Positions 9,487 to 18,727 of a stretch of DNA of 64,000 nt are shown piece after piece; position 1 is the first letter of the stretch, and the number at the start of each line of letters is the position of its first letter. A program made the translations under genes and the position numbers. Origin of the DNA: Actinomycetota bacterium (GTDB lineage Bacteria; Actinomycetota; UBA4738; HRBIN12); contig DASWAT010000193.1 in assembly GCA_036390995.1 (NCBI GenBank), positions 314 to 64,313 of the forward strand. Direction: 5' to 3'. The notes under the pieces were generated by a model. The model made no database searches. It worked only from the letters and a program-made list of their open reading frames with translations, and had not been told where the DNA came from.

Positions 9487-10383
9487 TCAACCCTTCACAC
9501 CGGTGAGCGTCACGCCTTCGATGAAGACCCGTTGCGCCAGGAGGAACAGGAGGATGACGGGCAGCATGAAGAGGATCGACGCGGCCATCTGGATGTTCCA
9601 GAGGACGCTCCGGTGCACGACCGAGCTGTACTGCGAAAGGCCGACCGCCAGCGTCCAGACCTTCGGATTGCTACCCGTGTACAGGAGGGGGCCGAAGAAG
9701 TCGTTCCAGCAGTAGAGGAACTGGAACAGGGCGACCGCGGCAACGGCGGGCTTGGCAAGGGGCACGATCACTCGGGTCAGGATCTGGAGTTCGCTCGCGC
9801 CGTCCACCCGTGCCGCATCGGAGAGCTCCTCGGGGATCGTGAGGAAGAACTGCCGCAGCAAGAAGATCGTGAAGGCATCGCCGAAGAAGGCCGGCACGAT
9901 CAGCGGCTTCAGGGAACCGATCCAGTGCAGGCGAACGAACACCACGTACAGGGGCACTATCGTGACCTGCACGGGAAGCATGAGGGTCGACAACACCAAC
10001 AGGAAGACGATGTTCCGTCCCCGCCATCGCATCCGTGAGAGGGCGTACGCGACCGGGATCGACGACAGCACCGTGCCCACCGTGGACAACACGGCGTACA
10101 CAACCGTGCTGTACGTGTAGCGGATCAACGGAATCTCGCTGAAGACCCTGGCGAAGTTGCCCCACCGGAACGGGCTCGGCCACAGGTCGGTTGTGAGTGC
10201 TTGCTGCTGGGTCATCAGTGCGGTCAGCAGGATGAAGATGAAGGGCAGGACGAAGACGGCCGACAACGCGATCGCCACCGACTGGTTCGCCACCGCCACC
10301 AGGAAGCGGCGACGGCGCTCCGCCGGAGGGACCGCCCGGGGCGTGACCCCTCCTCGAGCGGCGCGAGTGGTGGTCACGGCCAC
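9487..10383 (-). CDS. Carbohydrate ABC transporter permease (CsnG/MalG-like)
   Basis: IPEELSDAARVDGA EAA loop and WNDFFGPL; GTG overlaps the upstream TAG. Confidence 0.92.
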   Translation of the reverse strand: MAVTTTRAARGGVTPRAVPPAERRRRFLVAVANQSVAIALSAVFVLPFIFILLTALMTQQQALTTDLWPSPFRWGNFARVFSEIPLIRYTYSTVVYAVLSTVGTVLSSIPVAYALSRMRWRGRNIVFLLVLSTLMLPVQVTIVPLYVVFVRLHWIGSLKPLIVPAFFGDAFTIFLLRQFFLTIPEELSDAARVDGASELQILTRVIVPLAKPAVAAVALFQFLYCWNDFFGPLLYTGSNPKVWTLAVGLSQYSSVVHRSVLWNIQMAASILFMLPVILLFLLAQRVFIEGVTLTGVKG

Positions 10384-11327
10384 TATCGGCCCCCTTGGTA
10401 ATGAACCCAGCGACCGGAGGTCTTGGTGAGCACCACCGTGCATGCCATGACGACGAGGAACAACGCCCAGGCCATGGCAGCCGCGTACCCCATGTGCGTG
10501 TACTGGATCTGCTGGTACATCCAGACGGCGTAGAAGCGCAGGGATCCCTGCGGCTCGCCGAGATGCAGCTGGCCACCCGAGGCAACGTAGGCCTGGGTGA
10601 AGTACTGGAACCCGAAGATGACACCGATGACCAGTGAAAAGAAGATCACCGGTGAGATCATCGGCAGGGTCACGTACCGGAACTTCTGCCAGGGGCCCGC
10701 ACCCTCGAGATCGGCGGCCTCGTAGAGCTGCGCCGGCACATCCAGGAGGGCCGCGAGGAAGATGATCATGGTCTCACCGATCCCCCACAGGCTGAGACCG
10801 ACGAGCGCCGGCTTGGACCACTGCGGGCTGGCGAACCACAGCGGCTCCGGCACGTGCAGGAATCGCAGGATCGTGTTCACGGGGCCCGCCGGGTTCAGGA
10901 GGAAGACGAACGCCAGCGCCGCCGCGACAGCGGGGACCATGGTCGGCAGGAAGAACAAGGTCCGGTAGAAACCGGATCCGGACTTGACCCGAGTCAGGAC
11001 CATCGCGGTTGCGATGGCGAATGCGATCTGGATCGGCGTTCCGAACAAAACGATCCAGACGGTATTCCGCACTGCCTGCCAGAACAACGAGTCGTGCTGC
11101 AGCATGAAGCGGTAGTTGAAGAGCCCGACCCATTCGGGAGACTGGAGCAGGTTGTACTTCGTGAATGAGAAGTACAGGCTCGCCAGCATCGGGTAGAGGA
11201 TGAAGCCGAGGAACCCAAGGATCCACGGCGACATGAAGAGCAGGACCACCAGGTGGTAGCGGACACGTCTCGGGCGACGGCGTCGGACTGCCGCCGCCCG
11301 AGACGCGAGGCTCACGCCCGCTGCCAT
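10383..11327 (-). CDS. Carbohydrate ABC transporter permease (CsnF/MalF-like)
   Basis: LYEAADLEGAGPWQKFRYVTLPMISP EAA motif; GYAAAMAW. Confidence 0.92.
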   Translation of the reverse strand: MAAGVSLASRAAAVRRRRPRRVRYHLVVLLFMSPWILGFLGFILYPMLASLYFSFTKYNLLQSPEWVGLFNYRFMLQHDSLFWQAVRNTVWIVLFGTPIQIAFAIATAMVLTRVKSGSGFYRTLFFLPTMVPAVAAALAFVFLLNPAGPVNTILRFLHVPEPLWFASPQWSKPALVGLSLWGIGETMIIFLAALLDVPAQLYEAADLEGAGPWQKFRYVTLPMISPVIFFSLVIGVIFGFQYFTQAYVASGGQLHLGEPQGSLRFYAVWMYQQIQYTHMGYAAAMAWALFLVVMACTVVLTKTSGRWVHYQGGR

Positions 11328-11340
11328 TCGGTCCTCGCGC

Positions 11341-12675
11341 TCAGCCGAGCTGCAGCTGCTGGTCGACCGCCGCTGCAAGTTGCTCGAGTCCGCCCTGTAG
11401 ATCGGACACTTTCCCCGCCTCCCACTTCCCCTGGAAATCGGCCCAGAGGTCCGCCGGTGCGGCGCCTGCGGGCGTGAGCGGCAGGAGGTAGGAGTGCTCG
11501 TTCGAGAAGATGTCGAGGAAGGGCTTGAACTGCGGGTCGCTGCTCAGCTTTGGGTCATTCAAGGAATCGAAGGTCGTAGGCACGTTCCCGAGCAGCTCGG
11601 CGAGGGTCTCCACGGCCTTCGTGTCGGTGGTCAGGAACTTGACCAGGAGCCATGCTTCCGCCGGATGCTCGGACGTCCGCGAGATGCCCACCACCGTTCC
11701 GCCCACCTGGCCGGATCCGTACCAGTCCGAGTGGTCGTCGGCGACGGGGAAGGGAGCCGTCCCGAACTCGATCTTCGCCTCGTCATCCCGGATGAACGTC
11801 CCGCGCCACTCGCCGTCGTAGAGCATGGCGACCTTCCCCTGTTCGAAAGCCTGCGCCGAGGACCACTCCGAGTTGGGACCGCCGAGTTGCTGGTAGAACC
11901 GCTGGAGGTTGTCGTAGCCGTAGAAGTCGACCAGATCCTTGTTCCATTGGAGCAGTTGCTTCCACGCGGGGTCCGTTGCGAACGCGGACTTCCCTTCGGG
12001 TGTGTACCACTGGGTGCCCCAGGCATTCCCGTTGTAGAGGTTGGTGTTCTCGTAGAACGTCGAAAGCGGCATGAACCCCGCGACCTTGATCGAGCCATCG
12101 GGATCGAACACCGTCAGCTTCTTCGCCATGTCGGTGAACTCGGAAAGGGTCTTCGGCGGCTCCGTATAGCCGGCGGCATCGAGCATGTCCTTGTTGTAGT
12201 AGAGACCGTAGGCGTCCGTGAGCAGCGGGAACGTGCACTGCACACCCTGGTAGCTCGTGTACTTGAGCGCCGCCGACGGGAAGACGGAGCCCAGATCCAT
12301 CCCATCGGCCTTGATGAAGGGCGCGAGATCGAGCATCCCTCCGGTCGAGCAGTACAGCGGCACGTTGGTGGACTCCGAGTCGATCCCGACGTCGAACGTT
12401 TCGCCGCTGTTGATGCCTCGAACGAAGTCGATCGGTTGCTTGCCCGGGACGATCTTCACGTCGATCCACGGATACTGCGCATTGAATCGATTCAGTACGT
12501 CGGTGAGGTTCTTCAGCTCGCGCTCGGTGAAGTAGTCCCAGACGGTCAGCGTCACGGGCGTGTGCGATCCACTCGGGTTCACCGTCTCCACCGGGCTGGA
12601 GGTAGTACCTCCGCCGGCCGTGCAAGCCCCCGCCAGCACGCCCAGCACGGCCACCACGGACAACAGCCGCTTCAT
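11341..12675 (-). CDS. Sugar ABC transporter substrate-binding lipoprotein (CsnE-like)
   Basis: Lipobox LAGAC; GLYYNKDML, FEQGKVAM and AWLLVKFLT typical of extracellular solute-binding family 1; RBS GAGGGGG. Confidence 0.92.
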   Translation of the reverse strand: MKRLLSVVAVLGVLAGACTAGGGTTSSPVETVNPSGSHTPVTLTVWDYFTERELKNLTDVLNRFNAQYPWIDVKIVPGKQPIDFVRGINSGETFDVGIDSESTNVPLYCSTGGMLDLAPFIKADGMDLGSVFPSAALKYTSYQGVQCTFPLLTDAYGLYYNKDMLDAAGYTEPPKTLSEFTDMAKKLTVFDPDGSIKVAGFMPLSTFYENTNLYNGNAWGTQWYTPEGKSAFATDPAWKQLLQWNKDLVDFYGYDNLQRFYQQLGGPNSEWSSAQAFEQGKVAMLYDGEWRGTFIRDDEAKIEFGTAPFPVADDHSDWYGSGQVGGTVVGISRTSEHPAEAWLLVKFLTTDTKAVETLAELLGNVPTTFDSLNDPKLSSDPQFKPFLDIFSNEHSYLLPLTPAGAAPADLWADFQGKWEAGKVSDLQGGLEQLAAAVDQQLQLG

Positions 12676-12800
12676 CGTCTTACCCCCTCTGTTCCCGTCC
12701 CCTTGGATGGGGCTCCATCCCGCACCTGTCAAAGCCGACTTCTAGGGTCGCTCCTCCCCGAGCGCGCGCCCACTGGTCCCACTGCCATTCCCCTTGTTAC

Positions 12801-14018
12801 TCACGACACCGCCTCCCGCGGAACCCGCGAGAACAACTGGTCCTGCGCCGCCTGGAGGGCCATCGCCACTGCCCCGGTCACCTCGGCGTCCTCGCCGAGG
12901 ACGGAGACCTCGATCCGGGGGTGGAACGGAGACAGCGCGCGGACCTCTCGTTCCACGGGCTCCAGCAACAGGTCACCGTTGCCCCCGATGCCGCCGCCCA
13001 GGATCACCAGCTCGGGATCTACTACGGGCACCACGGCCGTGATCGCCAACGCGATCCGTTCCGCCACGACCGCCACGACCTCGGTCGCGATCCGATCCCC
13101 GCGGCGAGCGGCCGCGAACACCTTCCGCGGAGTGAGCGGTGAACGCATGCCGCGGGAACGCGCCAGCGCGGCGACGCCCTTCGCGCCGAGCGCCGATTCC
13201 AACGCCCCCCGTCGTCGGTTCGAGGGGTCGTGCGGGTCTGCGGCGGCGAGCGGTAGATAGGCCACCTCACCCGCCACCCCAGTGGCGCCCCGGTAGAGGT
13301 CGCCGTTCAGCACAAGACCGAGCCCGACGCCAGTCCCGACGTGGAGGAACACGAAGTTCGCGATGCCCTTCCCCAGACCCCTCCACTGCTCCCCCACCGT
13401 GGCCAAGTTGACGTCGTTCTCGAAAGCGACTTTCGTGCCGAGCTCCTGTCGCACGGCCTCCACGAGCCCGTGTCGCCCCCACCCCGGCAGGTTGTGTGCC
13501 AGGGCGACCTGGTCTCCGGTCGGCTGGACCACGCCGGGGCTTCCCACCACGGCGAAGGTGACATGCCGCCACTGGATCCCCGCCTCGGCGGCCAGGCCGT
13601 GCGCCACGTGGCCGATCTGCTCGATCAGGGCCCGCGCGCTTCGAGCGCGGGCTCGTTCGTCGCGCCGCGCCACCACGTCTCCGGTGAGGTTCGCGATGGC
13701 AGCGCGGAGCCATGAGCGGCCGACATCGATGCCGACCACCCATCCGGCCGTGGGATTCAGCTCGTAGAGGAGGGCACTCGGACCCTTGCTGCCCGACGAC
13801 CGGCCGGCTTCTCGGACCAAGTGCGCCTGTTCCAGAGTCATCAACGCTTGGGACACGGTCGGCTTGGACAGTCCGCTGTCCCGAGCTATCTGCGCCCGAG
13901 AGACGGGGCCTCGCTGGCGGATGAACTCCAGGACCATGCGCTCGTTCATGGCCCTGAGGAGGCTCGGAGTGCCTGCTGCGAAGATCCGGTCGGCGCCCGT
14001 GCCCGTGCCCCCCGACAA
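12801..14018 (-). CDS. ROK family transcriptional repressor (CsnR-like)
   Basis: N-terminal HTH (SRAQIARDSGLSKPTVS), GIDVG, FENDVNLA, GTGVGLG and GVAGEV; adjacent AGGAAACTTTCCT box. Confidence 0.9.
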   Translation of the reverse strand: MSGGTGTGADRIFAAGTPSLLRAMNERMVLEFIRQRGPVSRAQIARDSGLSKPTVSQALMTLEQAHLVREAGRSSGSKGPSALLYELNPTAGWVVGIDVGRSWLRAAIANLTGDVVARRDERARARSARALIEQIGHVAHGLAAEAGIQWRHVTFAVVGSPGVVQPTGDQVALAHNLPGWGRHGLVEAVRQELGTKVAFENDVNLATVGEQWRGLGKGIANFVFLHVGTGVGLGLVLNGDLYRGATGVAGEVAYLPLAAADPHDPSNRRRGALESALGAKGVAALARSRGMRSPLTPRKVFAAARRGDRIATEVVAVVAERIALAITAVVPVVDPELVILGGGIGGNGDLLLEPVEREVRALSPFHPRIEVSVLGEDAEVTGAVAMALQAAQDQLFSRVPREAVS

Positions 14019-14025
14019 TAACTTA

Positions 14026-14038
14026 AGGAAACTTTCCT
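14026..14038. promoter_or_regulatory. Palindromic operator AGGAAACTTTCCT upstream of the ROK regulator (CsnR-type box)
   Basis: Perfect 6-1-6 inverted repeat 7 nt upstream of the TTG start, downstream of a TACGAT -10-like hexamer (minus strand 14060-14055). Confidence 0.8.
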
Positions 14039-14144
14039 AACTATTCACTGCCGAATCGTACCCGCCCAGATGCCTGGGGTCAAGGCTCCGGTCTCGACCA
14101 TCGCGGCCCGAGGCCCCCCCGATCGCAGAAGCACGCCGGCGAGC

Positions 14145-14609
14145 TCAGCGGATCGGGAACTGCACCTCGGTGACGTTGTCGCCCGGATCGGGCGTCTCCT
14201 CCGGATCGGTCAGGTAGACCTCCCGGGGCGGGCCGTCGATCTCGCGCCCCTGCTCCTCGATCCACGCCGTCAGCGCCTCGTACGCGGCGCCCACCTTATC
14301 GTACGGGCCCCGATGGATCGTCCAAGCCACCTCAGCCTCGGGGATCCGGGCGCCGCGCGCCTCGCCGACGTCCTCGAACGGCTCGCGCACCGGAGCGCAC
14401 ACCTCGATCTCCCCGATCACCTGGTCTCCGAGTTGGTGATAGACGATGAACGGTGGGGCACTCGGCGAAACCCTTGCCCGGACCATGGCCTCCATGAGGT
14501 CGGCGAACCCTTCGTGGATGTCCTTCGCGATCGACGCCATCGACGCGGTCATCCGAACCGCGGCCACGTGCTGCGCCGGAAGCTGCTTGACCTGCACCTC
14601 GTACGCCAT
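14145..14609 (-). CDS. Stand-alone GyrI-like small-molecule-binding protein
   Basis: EVQVKQLPAQHVA, HRGPYDKVGAAYEAL and PREVYLTDP; strong GGAAGGAGG RBS. Confidence 0.88.
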   Translation of the reverse strand: MAYEVQVKQLPAQHVAAVRMTASMASIAKDIHEGFADLMEAMVRARVSPSAPPFIVYHQLGDQVIGEIEVCAPVREPFEDVGEARGARIPEAEVAWTIHRGPYDKVGAAYEALTAWIEEQGREIDGPPREVYLTDPEETPDPGDNVTEVQFPIR

Positions 14610-14691
14610 GACTCCCTCCTTCCACGTGACGAGTCAAGCGCGTACGGAGGCGGTCGTCCCAGGGGCGTTCGGCCCGGCCGGTCTGGCCCGC

Positions 14692-15963
14692 TCAGGCGGG
14701 GAAGAAGCGAGGCAGATGCTGCCGGTTCGCCTCGAGCAGCTCCTCCAGCAGTGGGGCCGCGGTCCGGTAGTCGCGGACGAGCGGGTTCGTCAGCAGCGCC
14801 TTCAGGGCAACCGCGCGATCACCCGTCGTCGCCGCCCCCACGGCGAGCCGTTCGTAGGCCTTCGCGTGCTCGACGAGGCCGAGCATCTCGGGGGCGAGCG
14901 GCGCCAGCGGGAGGGCGTGCGCGCCCTCGCGATCGATCCTCGCCGGGATCTCGACCACGGCATCATCGGACAGGTTCGGGATGGCGCCATCGTTCCGCAG
15001 GTTCACGACCTGGACGTCGCCCGTCCCGGCGTGCAGCGAGGCCACCAGCTGCGCCGCCGCCTCGCTGTAGAAGGCGCCCCCTCGCTCCTCCAGCAGCGCC
15101 GGCTTCTCGTCCAGGTTCGGGTCCTTGTAGAGCTCGAGGAGCCCAGCCTCGATGTCCATGACCTCTTCGGCGCGGGTCCGATGGGTCCGTTGGTGCTCGA
15201 GCACCTCGTCGGTCAGGTAGTAGTAGTGCAGGTAGTACGAGGGAACGGCGCCGAGGGCACGGATCAGCTCGACGGGCGTACCGGTCTCGTCGGCGATCAG
15301 CTCGGCGGAACCCTCGACGAGCTCGGGGAGGCGGTCCACGCCGTCCACGCGAACCTCCCGCTCCCAGGACAGGTGGTTCAGGCCCACGTGCTCGAGCTCG
15401 ACGCGCTCGGGCTCCACGTCGAAGTGCCGGGCGAACCGCCGCTGGAACCCGATGGCGACGTTGCACAGCCCGAGCGCCCGGTGGCCCTCGTCCAGCAACG
15501 CCTGCGTCACGATCCCGGTGGGGTTCGTGAAGTCGACGAACCACGCACCCCGTGCGCCTCGCGAGGCGGTCAGCTCGGCCAGCTCGAGCACAACAGGCAC
15601 CGTCCGCAGGGCCTTCGCGAAGCCTCCGGGTCCGGTGGTCTCCTGCCCGATGCACCCGAACCGCAGCGGGAGCGTCTCGTCCACATACCGAGCCGCCTGG
15701 CCGCCGACCCGAAGCTGGACGATCACGAAGTCCGCGCCCTCGAGCGCCTCGTCGCGGTTCCCGGTGAGCCGGAGGCGTCCGGCCCATCCGGCCTTCGCGA
15801 GCATCCGGCCCGCAAGCGCTCCCACGATCTCGAGACGCTCCGGATCGATGTCCAGGAGCACCAGCTCCTCCACCGGAACACGGTCCGCCCGCCGCGCGAA
15901 GCCCTCCACGAGCTCGGGCGTGTAGGTACTACCGGCCCCGATCACCGACACCTTCACACCCAT
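14692..15963 (-). CDS. Family 4 glycoside hydrolase (6-phospho-beta-glucosidase / CsnH-like)
   Basis: KVSVIGAGSTYT, ALEGADFV, GQETTGPGG, DFTNP, GLCNV and GLNHL GH4 motifs. Confidence 0.93.
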   Translation of the reverse strand: MGVKVSVIGAGSTYTPELVEGFARRADRVPVEELVLLDIDPERLEIVGALAGRMLAKAGWAGRLRLTGNRDEALEGADFVIVQLRVGGQAARYVDETLPLRFGCIGQETTGPGGFAKALRTVPVVLELAELTASRGARGAWFVDFTNPTGIVTQALLDEGHRALGLCNVAIGFQRRFARHFDVEPERVELEHVGLNHLSWEREVRVDGVDRLPELVEGSAELIADETGTPVELIRALGAVPSYYLHYYYLTDEVLEHQRTHRTRAEEVMDIEAGLLELYKDPNLDEKPALLEERGGAFYSEAAAQLVASLHAGTGDVQVVNLRNDGAIPNLSDDAVVEIPARIDREGAHALPLAPLAPEMLGLVEHAKAYERLAVGAATTGDRAVALKALLTNPLVRDYRTAAPLLEELLEANRQHLPRFFPA

Positions 15964-15988
15964 CGCCGGGCATCGTACACTGCCCACG
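15964..15988. promoter_or_regulatory. 25-bp bidirectional promoter with overlapping -10 hexamers; both genes apparently leaderless
   Basis: TACACT (15976-15981, plus strand) lies 7 nt before ATG 15989; TACGAT (15977-15972, minus strand) lies 8 nt before ATG 15963; no room for an SD. Confidence 0.65.
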
Positions 15989-17062
15989 ATGAAATCGTTA
16001 AGAAACTTTCCTGATCCGTTCCTCGGCGAGATCGCCAGCCAGCCGGACGCGCTCCGCCGGGCCGCGGCTGCCCTCCTGGAGCAGCGGCCCGCGCTCGAGC
16101 GCATCCGCGAGGCCGGCACGGACGCGCGGACGCTCGTGTTCACGGGCATGGGCAGCTCGTACGACGCCTGCTACCCGGCGGTGAACGACCTCGCCGGCAG
16201 AGGCGTCGCCGCGCTACTGGTGGACACGGCCGAGCTCCTGCACTTCCGCCGGCCGGTGCTGAACCCGCAGACCCTCGTCACGGTGGTGAGCCAGTCGGGC
16301 GAGAGCGCCGAGATCGTGAAGCTCGCCTCCGACATCTCGAAGCAGCGCCTGCAGCCGATCGTGCTGTCGATCACGAATGGGCTCGACAACGACCTGGCGA
16401 AGCGGGCGGACATCACGCTCGACACGTGGGCCGGGCGCGAGACCGGACCATCCACCATGACCTTCGCCGCCTCGATGGCCACGCTGTCCGGGGTGGCGCG
16501 TTTGCTGGCCGGCGACAGCGTGGACACCGCGATCGACCGGACCCGCACCGCTGCGGAGGCCGCAGCCCGGGCGGTAGAGCGCTTGCTCTCGGACGCAGAA
16601 GCGTGGGCCGAGGAGCTCGTCGGCATGCTGGGCCAAAGGGCAGTGACCGTGGTACTGGGCCGGGGACCGGCCCGAGCCGCGGCGGAGATGGGCGCACTGA
16701 TGTTGAAGGAATGTGGGGTCATGGCCGAATCGCTCGAATCCGCGGCCTTCCGCCACGGGCCGCTCGAGCTCGCCGGCCCCGACATGGCCGCGATCGTGCT
16801 CGCCACCGAGCCCGAGACGCGGCGTCTGGACCTCGGGCTCGCCCGTGACCTCGTGGAGGCGGGCACCTCGGTCCTGGTCATCACCCCCGACGGCGAAGCA
16901 CCGAAGGGGGCGCACGCCGCGGCGACCGGCTACCAGGATCGCGCGCTGATGTCTGCCGTCTCGATCGTGCCGATCCAGCTGCTGTCCTGGAAGCTCGCCT
17001 CGCTACGGGGCCGCACGCCCGGCGCCTACACCCGGGCGTCGAAGGTGACCACCCGTGAGTGA
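15989..17062 (+). CDS. Double-SIS-domain sugar-phosphate isomerase/deaminase (glucosamine-6-P deaminase-like)
   Basis: EIASQP, GMGSSY, VSQSGES, ALMLKE and FRHGPLE motifs. Confidence 0.88.
   Translation: MKSLRNFPDPFLGEIASQPDALRRAAAALLEQRPALERIREAGTDARTLVFTGMGSSYDACYPAVNDLAGRGVAALLVDTAELLHFRRPVLNPQTLVTVVSQSGESAEIVKLASDISKQRLQPIVLSITNGLDNDLAKRADITLDTWAGRETGPSTMTFAASMATLSGVARLLAGDSVDTAIDRTRTAAEAAARAVERLLSDAEAWAEELVGMLGQRAVTVVLGRGPARAAAEMGALMLKECGVMAESLESAAFRHGPLELAGPDMAAIVLATEPETRRLDLGLARDLVEAGTSVLVITPDGEAPKGAHAAATGYQDRALMSAVSIVPIQLLSWKLASLRGRTPGAYTRASKVTTRE
16000..16012. promoter_or_regulatory. Second CsnR-type box AAGAAACTTTCCT, inside the 5' end of the SIS gene
   Basis: 12/13 identity to the box at 14026-14038; an AT-rich island in otherwise GC-rich coding DNA. 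Confidence 0.68.
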
Positions 17063-17675
17063 CGGCCTCCGGGTCGCCCTCACGTTCGACGCGGAGCATC
17101 CTGATCGTCCCCTCTGTCCCGGCGGCAACGTCGACCGCGTTCTCGACGCTCTCCACGCTGCCGCCGCGAGGGCCACGTTCTTCGTCCAGGCCCGGTGGGC
17201 CACCGCGCACCCCGAAGCGGCCGCGCGGATCGCCCGCGAGGGCCACCTCGTGGGGCACCATTCGAAGTTCCACGCCCGGATGACACTGCTCTCCGACGAC
17301 GGCCTCCGCGCCGACGTCCGGGAGGGCGAGGAAGAGATCCGGGCTACCACGGGCGCAGACCCTCGTCCGTGGTTCCGCTGTCCGTTCGGGGACGGCCACG
17401 ACGACGAGCGCGTCCTGTCCACGCTTGGAGGGCTCGGCTACCGCAACGTGTTCTGGCACGTCGTGTTGGAGGACTGGGAGCCCTGGCGCTCGCCCGACGA
17501 CCTGCGCGCCGACGCCGTGGCCGGGGCCATCGCGCACGGCGACGGCGCGGTGGTGCTGCTCCACACGTGGCCCGCGCCGACCGCCGAGGCCCTGGCGGGG
17601 ATGCTCGAGGACCTCGCCGCGGCGGGTGCACGGTTCGTCGGCGTGGACGAGCTGGAACCGGAGCTCCTGCCGTGA
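17055..17675 (+). CDS. NodB-type polysaccharide deacetylase
   Basis: ALTFDAE, ATFFVQ, GHHSKFH, WFRCPFG and VVLLH motifs. Confidence 0.88.
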   Translation: MSDGLRVALTFDAEHPDRPLCPGGNVDRVLDALHAAAARATFFVQARWATAHPEAAARIAREGHLVGHHSKFHARMTLLSDDGLRADVREGEEEIRATTGADPRPWFRCPFGDGHDDERVLSTLGGLGYRNVFWHVVLEDWEPWRSPDDLRADAVAGAIAHGDGAVVLLHTWPAPTAEALAGMLEDLAAAGARFVGVDELEPELLP

Positions 17676-18727
17676 GACGCCCTGCCATCCTCGCCGTGGA
17701 CGGGGGAGGATCGAAGGTCGACGCCGTCCTCCTGGGCGGGACCGGCGAGGTGCTGGGCACCGCCCGGGTTCTCGAGCCGAAATGGGACCGGACGGGCGAT
17801 GACCTCCACATGGATTCGATCCAGTCGGCCCTCGGGGGCGCGTGCGCCGATGCCGGGCTGGATCCCGATGTCCGGCCCGTCGCCGACCTCGGCGTCTACT
17901 GCCTGGCCGGCGCCGATCTCCCCGCCGACGACCGGCGGATCCTCCGTGGTCTGGCCGACCGCGGCTTCAGCGCGGAGAACGTCCTCCGCAACGACACGTT
18001 CGCCGTGCTGCGGGCGGGCACGGAGCGCGACTGGGGCGTGGGCGTGGTCTGCGGCTTCGGGACCAACTGTTCCGGCGTGGCGCCCGACGGCCGGATCTAC
18101 CGCTTCCCCGCGATCGGGGGCGTGTCGGGCGACTGGGGAGGCGGCATGGACATCGGCAGCGACGCGCTGTGGCACGCGCTGCGGGCACGCGACGGCCGCG
18201 GGCCCCGCACGGCGCTCTCCGAGCTCGTCCCCGCGCATTTCGGGCTTCGCACTCCCCGGCAGGTCATGGAGCGGCTGTACTTCGGACGGATGGAGACCGA
18301 ACGGCTCGCCGAGCTCCCGCCGGTCGTGTTCCGGGCCGCGGCGAAAGGGGACGGGATCGCCCGCGGGATCGTCGACCGGCAGGCCGACGAGGTCGTGATC
18401 ATGGCCGGCGCGGCGATCCGCAAGCTGCGGATGGCCGCGCTCGACGTCGACGTGGTCCTGGGCGGGGGCATCTTCCGCAACCGGTTCCCGACGTTCTTCG
18501 ACCGGATCCGGGACGGGCTGCAGGAGCTCTGCCCGCAGGTCGGGATCACGGTACTCACCGCACCCCCGATCGTGGGCGCCGCGATGCTCGGTCTCGACCG
18601 GATCGGAGCATCGACGACGTCGAAGTCACGTGTGCGGGCCGCGCTGACCCACGAGCGACTGCTCCGGATCGTGGACCGACTCAGGGAGGAGGAGAACGCA
18701 TGGCCAGGATCGTCCTCGACGGCGTGA
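17672..18727 (+). CDS. BadF/BadG/BcrA/BcrD-type N-acetylglucosamine/sugar kinase (CsnK-like)
   Basis: LAVDGGGSKVD, LAGAD, NDTFAVLRAG, VVCGFGTN and GDWGGG; GTGA overlap with the deacetylase. Confidence 0.88.
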   Translation: MRRPAILAVDGGGSKVDAVLLGGTGEVLGTARVLEPKWDRTGDDLHMDSIQSALGGACADAGLDPDVRPVADLGVYCLAGADLPADDRRILRGLADRGFSAENVLRNDTFAVLRAGTERDWGVGVVCGFGTNCSGVAPDGRIYRFPAIGGVSGDWGGGMDIGSDALWHALRARDGRGPRTALSELVPAHFGLRTPRQVMERLYFGRMETERLAELPPVVFRAAAKGDGIARGIVDRQADEVVIMAGAAIRKLRMAALDVDVVLGGGIFRNRFPTFFDRIRDGLQELCPQVGITVLTAPPIVGAAMLGLDRIGASTTSKSRVRAALTHERLLRIVDRLREEENAWPGSSSTA

